Assembly: GCF_009834535.1 (NCBI RefSeq)
Contig: NC_045696.1
Location: 1,862,001 to 1,926,000 of the forward strand
Length of the DNA stretch: 64,000 nt
Source of the DNA: Camelus ferus
Lineage: Eukaryota
Reading direction: 5' to 3'
This document shows, piece by piece, positions 13,002-33,924 of the stretch. The translations under genes and the position numbers were made by a program. Position 1 is the stretch's first letter. Each line of letters starts with the position of its first letter. Below the pieces are notes generated by a model. The model was not told where the DNA came from. It made no database searches and saw nothing but the letters and a program-made list of their open reading frames with translations.

Positions 13002-13007
13002 TTTATT
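13002..13007 (-). terminator. AIRE polyadenylation signal AATAAA
   Basis: tttatt on plus, about 230 nt after the stop, with GT-rich sequence downstream on minus. Confidence 0.8.
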
Positions 13008-13232
13008 TCAGTGCACACGGTGGCTTTGTGCTGCCAAGACAGGGCTGTTGACAAGCTGAGAGTTAACAGCACTTGAACTCAGTTCCTAGTCCTAACCCGG
13101 CAGCTGCCAGAGGTGAGGGAGCACGTCCCCTTCTGTCCCTTTCAGAGCAGAGTCGCTGCCTCTGTGAGGGTGAGGTCTGCTCTGGGGCTTCGCCTCCCCC
13201 TCCCATGCTGCCTGCAGGCCGGGAGTCCCTGA

Positions 13233-22995
<9,763 letters not shown>

Positions 22996-24419
22996 TGAGC
23001 GCGAGACGGCCCCATCCTCCCGCCAGCCCGCGTCTGCACCGGCCGGAGGCTGTTGGCTTTTCTTTTCTTGGTAAAGAAGCTTCTGGAATGGGGCCTGACC
23101 CGACTCAATTCCGTACATGCGGTTCTGGCTCGCATCCCACAGGGCCTTGTTCAAATGGGGAAAAGCCAGGACAGGCACCCCTCACCTCACCCGGGGCCCG
23201 GCCTCAGGCGCCAGAGGGGCAGCTCCGAGAGGCCGGGACACTACTGCCGCCACAGCAGCTGCTCAGGGGTCCCAAGACGGGGGCTGTCGGCGGGGTCAGG
23301 TGGAGGGGTGCCTGCCTGGTGGAGGACCTGGGCTAGGACTAGCGCGCGTCAGCGCGATCAGCTCTGGGCATCACTTGGAGGCTGGGTGATGCCGGGCAGT
23401 TGCTTTCCTTCTCTGAGCCTCAGTCCTCTCATTTTTAAAATGAGCACATTCCACTGGGAGTCCCCAGCAGCAGCCCACCCCCGACTTCCTCCAGATGTTT
23501 TAGAAAATAAAGCTTCTAGAAGGCGGCTGACCCCGTGGGCAGACAGGCCTGAGTATGCGCTGTGGGAGCCTGTCTTTGTCTGGCTCACAGCCCAGGGAGG
23601 CCCCCCCGCGTGTCTGTGGAACGTGCAGGCAGGACAGGCAGGAATGGTCCCCAAGTCCCACATGTCCACAGCTGCCACCCTCAACACTGCAGCCAGCGCC
23701 CCAGAGGTGGGCCGTGCCAGGGCCCTTCTCCTGTGTCAGTCCCCAGAACATTCTACCAGAGAACCAGCCTGTTCTGACCCTGAGTTGCCAGAGAGCTCCA
23801 CACTCAGGTCCTGGTCCCTGAGATAACAACCCCTACAGCCCTTGCCAGTGCCCCCTCCACCGGGTGGGGGCCAATGGACCTCATGTCTCTGCCTCCCACC
23901 CCCCACTGCAGGCTTGCTCCCCACAGTCCCAGTGCTCAGCACTGAACCGTCAGTGGCCCAGGCCTGGAGATGGGGAAACCAAGGCAGGGTTCCCGCATCA
24001 GGAGGAGGGGGCCTTCACAGCTGAGACGTGTGTCCTCTCCCCGCCCAGGGCCCAGCAGCTGCAACCCGCCTTCCCTGTTCTCTCCTGCATGTGTATCTAC
24101 TGTTAAAACGTGAAAGCGTGAACCGAAGTCAGCCCTACACTCAGCGCCTGTGGGATTCCTGAGTTCTCTGGGCTCCCGGTCTCCTGGTCACTTCCTGTCA
24201 CCGCTAATGACACCCGCTGGGCCAGCTGGTCCCCAGATTCACACAGAGGCTCCCAGGGGACCAGGGAGCCATGCTTCTGGCCTCGGGGTGGCCGGCCCAG
24301 AGCCCCTGGGTCCTTTGGCATCACCCAGCGTCACCCTGCACCCGGTGCATTTTCTCCCTGGGGGCTGAGTGGTCATCGGGGGCGGGAGAGGGACACCTTA
24401 GCCACAAGCCAACTGCTCA

Positions 24420-24610
24420 AGGGAAGTGAAAACTGCTGAGAAAATGGAAGTCTGCACTTCACTTTCCTAAAGCCTCATCCCCTCACAGGAGTCCCCAGGT
24501 TGTCAGGCGGGCCTGGCCACTGTGGACATCACTCAGCCTCTTTCTTGGAGATTAGCAAACAGGCTCCTGTAGAGTTCCGGACTTTCCATCACCCTGGGGG
24601 TTTCCAGGCA
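24420..24610. promoter_or_regulatory. Putative AIRE upstream enhancer (CNS1/ACNS1-like) with two NF-kB sites and Ets/IRF motifs
   Basis: GGACTTTCCA 24579-24588, GGGGGTTTCCA 24596-24606, GGAAGTGAAA 24422-24431, GGAAAGTGAAGTG on minus 24455-24467. Confidence 0.65.
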
Positions 24611-24874
24611 GCCCTTACCTGCAGGCGACCTGGAGCGGGGGACGTGTGGAGGTGGCCCGCGATCACAGCGGCCAGGGTGAGGGCCAGTGCTGCCTCCAGC
24701 CAGGTCACTGCCTCGGGGGGCTTGAGCCTGAACTGCTCCTCTAGGCACCGGGGCAGCAACTTGCCTGCCCCTTGGCAGTGCCATCTCAGAGCCTCTGTCC
24801 TCGCCTGCGAGTAGCTCTTCCTGCCGCGTGGTGGTTTTACATACCAGACCCCACCACGCACCGGGCCCTGTTCT

Positions 24875-25015
24875 GAGTACTTGGCAACTGCACTCACTTA
24901 ATCTCAGAACTGCCCTGTTGGGTCAGCATTACTATCACCCCCAACCTACAGATGGGGAGACTAAGGCACAGAGAGATTAAGGAGCTTGACCAAAGTCACA
25001 AAGCTAGAAAATGGC
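24875..25015. mobile_element. MIR SINE
   Basis: acagatggggagactaaggcacagagagattaag..gcttgaccaaagtcac MIR core. Confidence 0.75.
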
Positions 25016-25499
25016 CTTGGATGAATGGTGCCCAGGTCCAAGATCTCAGCACTCAGGACACCCCTCGGTGCCCAGGTCGTGGCAGGCATCACCAGCTTAG
25101 AAGGAGGAGGAAGTGCTTTCTGTGGGAAGTGCTCGGGGGGGGGGGAGGGGCGAGGCCACAGTGTCAGGGTGAGGGCTGGAGGGGCCCTGCCCCTTGGCTG
25201 CTGGCTCCTGACCCCTCAAGGAAGCGTGGACACTTTTGCTTCAGTCTGTGTGGCTCCCCTGAAGGGGCTGGGTTCCCAGGGGTCAGGAGTCCTGAGCCGG
25301 CATGACCTCGGGGGGCCTCGGAACGCCAGCCCAGGCCTCAGCTGGAGGAGCAGGGCAGGAGAGGCTCTGGGCCTGCCCCTGAGGACCTCCCGGGGGTGGG
25401 GCTAGGAGCGGGTGTCTCTCAGTGACTCTCTACCAGGACTTTAGCACCCTCTTGTCCTCCAGCTGGGTGTGTGACCCTCTCCAGACCGCAGTTTCCCCA

Positions 25500-26222
25500 A
25501 GAAAAGATGCTCAACATCATTAATCATTAGGAAAATGCCAAATATCAGCAAGTGAGGTAACACTTCGCACCCACTAGGATGGCTATTAGCAAAACACAGG
25601 CAATGACAAGCATCAGCGTCAGCGTCAGGAGATGCAGGGAAGCGGGGACCCTCACACTCTGGTGGTGGGAGTGATGCTGGGAGAATGCTTGGTGTCTCCT
25701 CGATGAGGTAAGCGCAGTTCCCGTGTGACCCAGCAATTCCACTCCCAGGTGTGCACCCAGAAGAATTGAAGACAGGTACTCAAACAAGAAGTGGTACATG
25801 AATGTTTATGGCAGCGCTATTCACAACAGCCAAAGGGTGGGAACAGCCCAATGTCCATCGACAGAAGAATGGATGAAGTGAGGTCCATCATGCAACAACG
25901 TGCATGAGCCCGGAAAACGCTACACCAAGTGAAGTAAGCCAGACGAAAAAGGCCTTCAGTGTGTGATTTTATTTATGTGAAGCACCCACAGTAGGCAGAG
26001 CCTTAGAGACAGAAGGCAGATTTCTGGGACGTGGGGGAAGGGGATGGGGGCATGCATACTTAATGAGTATGGGGTTTCCTTTTGGAGTGCTGAAAAAGTT
26101 CTAAAAATAGACAGTGGTGATGGATGTACAACATTGTGATGCACTAATTACTCCTGAAATTTAAACTTCCAAATGGTTAAAATGATCATTTTTATGTTGT
26201 GTGTATTTTACCACAATTTAAA
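25500..26222 (+). mobile_element. L1 (L1MB/MA-like) 3' end
   Basis: agatgctcaacatcattaatcattagg ... gacccagcaattccactcc ... tattttaccacaattt. Confidence 0.85.
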
Positions 26223-26234
26223 TTAATTAGTGAA

Positions 26235-28690
26235 AACAATCAATTGGGTATATTTCTGTGATCTATTTGTGGGTTCTCTATTCCGTTCCATTAATCTCTG
26301 TCTGTCCATCCATCCACCTCACTTAACTACTGTAACTAAATAATAAATCTTGAAACCCAGTAGACCAGTTTCTCCCATTTTATTCTTTTTTCAAAATTGT
26401 TTTAACTATTCTAGCTCCTTTGATTTTTCCATATAAATTTCAGAATAATCTTGTCTCTATCTACAGGAATTCTTGCTAGGATGTGGATAGAAATGACCAT
26501 TTGGGGGAAATTGGCATCTTTATTATGCCAAGTCTTCCAAGCCATGTTTGCATGTTCCTCCACTTACTCAGAACTTCAGTGATTTCTTTCACCAGTGTTT
26601 TGTAGTTTCAGCACACAAGTCCTACATACGTTTTGTTAGACCCACACTTAAGTGTTTAGTTTTTCTGAGCAGGTGTAAGAAGTTTTGTGCTTTTTAACTT
26701 TAATTTTGGTGTCCACATACTCATCGTTAGTACTTAGAATTACAGATAACTTTTCACACGTACATCATATGTCCCACAACCTTGCTGAATTCATTTTATT
26801 TGTTCTAGGGGTGTTTTCACTTTGTTTTGTTTTGTTACAGAACCCGAGATTCTCTACAATCACATCACCTGTAAATGGGAACAGTTTGACTTCTTCCTTC
26901 CCAATCCGTATGCCTTTTATTCCCTTTTCTTGCCTTATTGCACAGGCTAGAACGCCCAGCACTATGCTGAACAAAAATGATGGAAGTGAATGTCCTTGCC
27001 TTGTTCCTGATCTTAGAGGGAAAGCTGTAGGCTTTTGGTAGATGCTCTTCATTTAAGAAGTTCTCTCTATGCCTACGTTCATGAGAGTTTTTATCATGAA
27101 TGGGTACTGAACTTTATTGAATGCTTTTTTGACATTGATTGATATGATCACATGATTTTTCTTCATTAACCTGTTAATATGGCAGATTACATGGATTGAT
27201 TTTTTTTTAAATATTGAGCCAGCCTTGCATCCCTGGAATAAATTCCTCTTGGTCACGATATACATTGTTGAATCTGATTTTCTAATATTTTGTTAAGGGT
27301 TTTTGCATTTATATTCATGAGAGGGATGTTGAAATCTCCAATTGTATTATGCATTTGTCTATTACCCCTATAGGTTTCTTTTCTGACTGTACGTCTGGTT
27401 TTGGTATCACAGTGCTATTAACTTCATACAGTGAATCAGGGCGTATTCCATCTTCTTTTATTTGCTGGAAGAGGTTGTGTAGAATTAGTTTTATTTCTTT
27501 TTAAAACATTTGGTAGAAACCTCAGTGAAACCTTCTGGCCCTGAAGATTTTTGGGGGGCCAGGGGAGGGCAGTTTTTAAATTAAAAACTCAATTTCCTTA
27601 ATAGTTACAGGCTATTCTAATTATTTACTCTATATCAGGTTAGTTGTGGCAGTATTTTTTTAGGAATTGTTCATTTCATCAAAGTTGTCACATTTATGAG
27701 TGTAGAGTTGTTCATACTATTCCCTCATTTCCCTTTTGATGTCGATAGTGACATCTCCTGTGTCTGTTTTGATATTAATAATTTGTGTCTTCTCTCTCTC
27801 TTTTTTTGGTCTCTCATACTAGATATAGTTTACTGATTTTTAAATTTTTTTCTCAAAGAACCAGCTCTTTGTTTCATTGGTTTTCCCCGTTGTTTTTCTA
27901 TTTTCAACTCTTTTTTTCCTGCTTACCTTCCCTGTCTTTCGCTCCTGCTCTGGCTTTATTTCGCTTTTCTTCACAGTCCTTGAGGTGCGGGCATAGGGTG
28001 CCAACCTCTTTTCTAATATCCGCGTTCTGCGCTATGAGCTTCTCTCTCTCAGCACTGACTTAGCTGCATCCCACAAGCTTTCATAGGTTGTGTTTTCATT
28101 TTTCAATGTATTTTTTGAGACTTTCTCTTTAATTCATGGATTTTAAGTGTGATGTTTAGTTTCCAAGTGTTTGGAGACTTCTCTGTTATCTCTGGATTAA
28201 TTTCTAGTTTGACTCCACGTGATCGGAGAACACACGTTGTATGGTTCCAATTCTTCCACCTCTGTTGAGGCTTGCTCCATGGCCTGGGAGGTGGTCTAGC
28301 TCGATGTATTTCTGTGGACACTTGAAAAGAATGTGTGTCCTGCTGTCTGGGGTGAAGGTTTCTATAAATGTGGTTAGATCCTGCTGGCCGATGGTGGTGC
28401 TGAGTTTCTCTCTGTCCAGTTGCTCCATCGTGGGCTGAGAGCGGGATGTCGTCTCTTTCTCCTTCAGGTTCTATTAGTTTTGCTTCACATGTTTTGCTGC
28501 TCTGTTGTTCGTTGCATTTACACATCTAGGCTTGTATGTCTTTTTGGTGGGTTGACTGTTTTATCATATGATGATAAAGGGTCAGTTGTCAAAGCTCTGG
28601 TCATTTTCTTTGTTTTGATGTCAACTTTATCTGATATGAATGTAGCCATGCCAGCTTTCTTTAGATCAGCGTTTGCATGACATATCTTTT
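26235..28690 (-). mobile_element. Degenerate L1 ORF2 segment
   Basis: Minus-strand ORF fragments [29 protein letters not shown] and FSDHVES are L1 EN/RT remnants; multiple stops. Confidence 0.9.
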
Positions 28691-31600
28691 TTTTTTTCCC
28701 AGAAAGAAAAAGAAAACCTCTCTACCTGGAAGAAGACAACAGATGTGAGCCCTGGGGCAGCAGAGAGACGGTGAGATGGGGGTTCCCTGTTTAATCTGTA
28801 CACTCGAATGTGCTTTGAATTTTAATAACGTGCCTGTGTTAATTTGTGCATTAAAAAGAAGAAATAGGATATAATGGAAAATATTCACAATACCAATCAA
28901 AATATCAGATAATTAGAAATAAAGATAGGAAAAAGCCTGCAGTGCCCACGTTTCATTTGATTTACTTTATTTTTATTATTTATTTACTTATTTGTTTGTA
29001 TCTGTTTATTAAAGTATAATTGGCGTATATAATTTTTAAAAAGAAACAGAAAGGTACACCATGATTTATTTTCTTAATTCCATTTTTAAAAGGCAGTGCT
29101 TCCTAAAACTAATGCAGTTCCAATCCCATTACTAAAGAGGTTTTAGAACTTGCATCTAATGTTCTTTTGGAAGATGAATGAACAAGAGAGGAGACATTTT
29201 TGAAGAGGATGGTGCTGCCCCAGATAGCTCACGTATTACAAAACTACAGTGAGGAGGGCAGGAGGGCTGGTGCAGAGAGACGCAGACCTCCGGAGTGAGA
29301 CCCAGACACGTCTGAGGATGCTCACGTGACGAAGACGTCACGTGGGATGCAGGGAGGAGAAGATGGCTCCGTCAATAAATGGTCTCAGAGCAGCTAATCA
29401 GCACAAAAGTCATGACGAACACCAGAAAATATTCTGACTAGACTGAAGACAGAAGTTAAAAAGTGAAGTAAGATGCTAAAATAAAGATGAAGGCTAGTAT
29501 CATCTTGGGGTGGAGAGGAAATTTTTAAGTATGGCAGGAAAGTGAAAACCATGACAGGTGCAACAAAGGCAAGATATTTGTGGGCAAAGATGTACGGAAA
29601 CATTAAAATCAGCATTCGTGACATGGGACGATGAGGTACGAGTTAATACCTTTAATATAGAGAGTTCTTGGATCAATAAGAAAAAGACAAACACTCAAGT
29701 CAAAAAAGAAAAAGGAAGAAACAGAGAGGAGAGACTTGATTTTCATGAAAGGTTTACTCCGCCGCCCGACCTCAGGGCTGGAACCCAGCACTGCGCCACC
29801 ATCTACTTCGGCGCGTTGGAGTATCGGCCTGTAAAAGCGTATAGCCCACGCACAGGTGGAAGATGGCGCTTCCCTTAGTGTCGTCGAGGGACCATCTTGG
29901 CATAGTGGGCTTGAAGGAACAGCAGGTTAGATTGAGGAAGCGGGTGGGTCAGCACCACGCTCTCAGAGACATGAATGCGGTGACGCCACCATGAACGAGG
30001 GCCCAGACACCAGGGTCCTGGCCGGCGGCCCTGCTCCCAAGGCCCCCCTGTGGCAGCCGTGGATGGGGTGCTGATGGGAAGGGGAGCGGTTCTGGGATTG
30101 GGCATCTTCAGGACTCACACCCAGCGGCAGAGGAGAGGCAGTCACCTGGGGAGGGGGCGTCTGGTCATTTTGTGGGTGGCTCACGCCCTTGCTTTTTTGC
30201 TCAGGCGGACTGGGAAAGGCTCTAGTCCTTTCCACTCCCACAGTCACACACGGAGTGGCCTGTCCGAGGCCGTGCTCTGTGAGGTCAGTGATGTCCACCA
30301 GGAGTACACGGAGACCTGGCCGTGAGGCCGGGCCGGCTCGCAGCTGTCAGGGCTACCTGCTCACCCTGCATATGCAAAGCGTCATTAGTGGTCAAGGCAG
30401 CTGCAGTGGGGGCAGGGGGGCCAGACCAGAGCCTCAGGACGAGTGGGTCACAACCTGGTCCTCTGCAGGTCAAGCCCCATGCGAGGGCAGATTTCTCTTT
30501 AACTCCCACTGCTCTGTTTTGAGGAGAAGGATGAGTGTTGGTTCATCCATCCATGCGTTCCCTCAGCGAGCGTGAGAAGCACCCCCACACCCCAGTGGAG
30601 ATGGGTCACGTGACCCGACTTGGCCACTGAAACTCTGGGTCGCCGTGTTCCCTTCCCCTGCCCTGCCACACACTCCAGGTGGGAGGGCACTGTCTGCCAC
30701 GCAGGGGCCAGGACCCCCCACGGTCAGGAGGAGGCGGCGGGTTATCAGCCTGTGCTGCCGCAGCCCTGGGCCCCGGGGTGCTGGTGCTACAGCCCGACTA
30801 GCCCACCTGCCGGCGTGTCCAGCCTTGGGCCACAGCCCGCAGCTCCTCCCATGCTCTGGCAGCACAGTCACAGGCAGCCTTGGGAACAGGGCGCCGTGGT
30901 CAGGACGGTCTGGGCTGGGCTGTGTACCTTCCCCTGCTTGGAGGGTCACAGTTTCCATCACTGCATAAAGGCTCTGATAAGTCCCGCAGGAAAAAAGTGC
31001 CCACTTAACCCTCCACTTCCCCCAAACCTATTTCAGCAGAGGTTGTTCCCTTCGAGGTACATTTATGAATGCTGCACGTGGAGTTGGATGCATGAAGCAT
31101 AGGTTGGGGAAATCAGCCCCAGAAACATAAGGTGACGGAGCCCAGCCCGTCCCAGGAGCCTGCTGTCCCGTGGAAGCATGAGGGTCTGGAGTCAGCGAGC
31201 CCACTCTGGGTGGGGACACAGAGCTTTGCACCTCCCCCTCCCCTGCCATGGCCCACGGCCCACGGCCCAGGAGAGGCGGTCTCTGCACCTCCTCTGCCCA
31301 GAAGACCTACAAGCAGCCAGGAGCCCACACCTGGTGTCTGCAGAAAAAGGGACAGACCTGAATCCCAGTCCTCCACGCTCGCTTGCATGCCTGTCGCTTC
31401 CGGGATGTGGCTTCGGGACAGTGGTCCCAATGTCCCCCGCCAGTGTGCGTCCCAGGAGAGACTCGGCCCTCCACCGGCTCCCAGACCCCTCCCTGCTTCA
31501 CACGCCTGAAAACCCTTCCCAGTTGCCCGAGAGGTGGCCCCGAGACCCCCTGCTACTCTGGGGGCCTGGCAGGAATGTGGAAGGACGGCATGGGGGCTGA

Positions 31601-32840
31601 GCAGGGTTGGGGGTGTCTCTCCCCAGTGCCAGGAACCCTGGCCAGTGCCCTGGTACCGGGATGGTCTCTGCCCAGGTTGTATGTGGCCACTGCCAGGCCC
31701 AGCGGGGCAGGGGGCCGAGGTCCACTGGAGTCAGGATGCCCTTGGTCCTGTGAGCCCAACTGGGATCAAGTTGTGGGTCACCCTGTCAGGCCAGCACACA
31801 GAGGGTGTTCGCGGCCACCTGGGTGTGACCACCAGGCCAGGCAGGATCTAACCACGTGCCCACCGTAGCCCTAGGGATGTGGGGGCTCGTGCAGGGGTGT
31901 CAATGGGTCCTCACCTCGCCCACACCAGCCCTGCACATGTCCTGCCGTAGCAGCCTGGACTGTTGGGGGCAGGGCTGGGGTTCGCCCAGGAAGCTTCAGG
32001 ACCACCACTCGCGGGGTGCGGCTGCTGCTGGGTGCGAGGCAAGGGGGAGGTTTAGCTCACTAGTGGTCCCTGTGGAGATGAGATGGAGCCCCGTTTCACG
32101 TCCCGCCCTTTGCTCCCATGGTGTGAACAGCAGGCTGCCTGGGGGGTCCGTGGGTGAGGACAGGTGCACATCGCCAGCAGAGTGGCCTGACATCTCAGGG
32201 TCTAATGCTGATGGTGGCCTCGGAGACCGAGCTGGTCACCAAGAGGCCAGCTCCTCTGAGACCTGTTTCCAAACCACATGGGCCTCTTTCTGTGCTTCCC
32301 CCCAGACGACATTGGTCTCTGCCAAGCTGCAGCAGCGCCTGCAGGACCCGGGACTCCAACAGGAAGGCATCTGCCCCAGATGTCCTGGGGCCACAGCAGT
32401 GCTCGTCCCGCGCTCTGGGACCTTCCATGAGCCTCTGCTCCACGCTGCCAGACCAAGCGCTCCTGACCCCCAGGATGCCCTCCCTGCTCTTCACGTCTAG
32501 CAGCGAGACGACCATCCCTTCCTCAGAGCTGGAAGGGGCCCCCAGAATCCCCACATCCCTTTCTGTCAGGGAACAACATGGACAGGGTGGGGCTGCTGCG
32601 CGACATGGGGGTCAGGTGATGTGGTTGGGGGGTTGGGCCTGCACCCCAATCACTCTGGTCCTGATAATCATTTTTAATCTGGTGTCCAAGTTAAAAAGCA
32701 AAGCTAAACTAAACAAAAGGAGGAGAAAGCAACCAAGACAAGGTGCTCAGACATGGGGAAAGCGGTTTCACTGTCATCATCAGCGTTCGCTTCCCTCCAC
32801 TGGAAAGAGTTTTAATGAACTCTTTTGGAATAAACATTCT

Positions 32841-32986
32841 GGGGGTGGGTACAGCGCAGTGGTGTAGCGCATGCTTAGCGCGCACGAGGCCCTCGGTTCC
32901 CTCCTCAGCACCTCCATTAAAAACAAGTAAATAAATAAATATAATTGCCTCCCCTCAGCAAAAAACAGAACACATTTTAAAAACTA
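32841..32986 (+). mobile_element. tRNA-derived SINE, Vic-1-like (camelid)
   Basis: ggggtgggtacagcgcagtgg...gcatgcttagc...gaggccctcggttc head, A-rich tail with aattgcctcccc, 13-bp TSD gaataaaCattct/gaataaaTattct. Confidence 0.8.
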
Positions 32987-33163
32987 GAATAAATATTCTA
33001 AAGTATTTAGAATGATACACTCACGGGTTGGAAAAGTTAATACTGTTAAAATGTCCATCCACCCAAGGCAACCTACAGAGTCAATGAAACTCCTTTCAAA
33101 ATTCCAATGGCATTTTTCAGAGAACCAGAAAAGAGAATCCTAAAGTTTGAGTAGAAACACAAA

Positions 33164-33811
33164 TGATGCAGGAAAAACGGACCTGAAGCGTGAGGAGGGC
33201 CGAGTCCCAGGTCTCAGCTCAGCCCGTGGGACGTGCCCCGCCGATGGCAGGTCCTCGGCTTCACGTAGGAAAGAATTCAAGAGTGAGCCACAGTTGGAGA
33301 TTTATTTAGAGAAACACATGCTGTATAGAGTGTAGCCTGTTTCAAAAGACAAGAGAAAGGCCATGAGGTGTGGGGGGTGGGTGCCCAGGTTACAGTAAAA
33401 GCAGGCACTCGCTCCACAGACAGGGTGCGGCCGCCTCCAAAGGGGAGGGAGCGGGAGGGGCGGCCGGGAGGGGCGGTGCTGCTGGCTTTCACCCTCGGTA
33501 GCTTCACACCTGCAGGTGGGAGGGCTACTCCAGCTAACCTGGGGAGGGGGCTGGGGCTCCCAGGGGCTGGGCCCCCACCCACTCTGACCTTCGGTGGTCG
33601 GCCTTGGGGCTGTCCTGGCGCCCGCGGGCATGCTATTTATCATGCTGATACGCTACACTGAGCATATGATGAAGCTCAAGGTCTGCTAGAAGTCAGACCT
33701 CCTGCCGTCTTAATCCTCAAGGCCTAGTGAGAGTTGAATCTTCCTCAGCTTTGGTGTTAGTTGCTGTCATTCCTTGAATGGCTGTGCCCTGCCCCCTGCC
33801 CTCCTGCCTCA
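33164..33811 (-). mobile_element. ERV1-type solo LTR with 4-bp TSD
   Basis: TG...CA ends, TSD CAAA at 33160-33163 and 33812-33815, AATAAA on minus near 33300. Confidence 0.85.
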
Positions 33812-33924
33812 CAAAGACCCAGAATTGCCAAAGCAACCCTGAGAAAGAACAAACCTGGAGGTATCACATGCCCTGACTTCAAACTCTATTACAAAGCTGT
33901 TGTAATTACAACAGTATGGTACTG

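Noticed and set aside
26685..28680. Reverse-transcriptase-like ORFs as a novel gene
   Set aside because: Fragmented, stop-containing L1 ORF2 remnants
32841..32915. tRNA gene
   Set aside because: Degenerate B box, A-rich tail and TSD indicate a SINE
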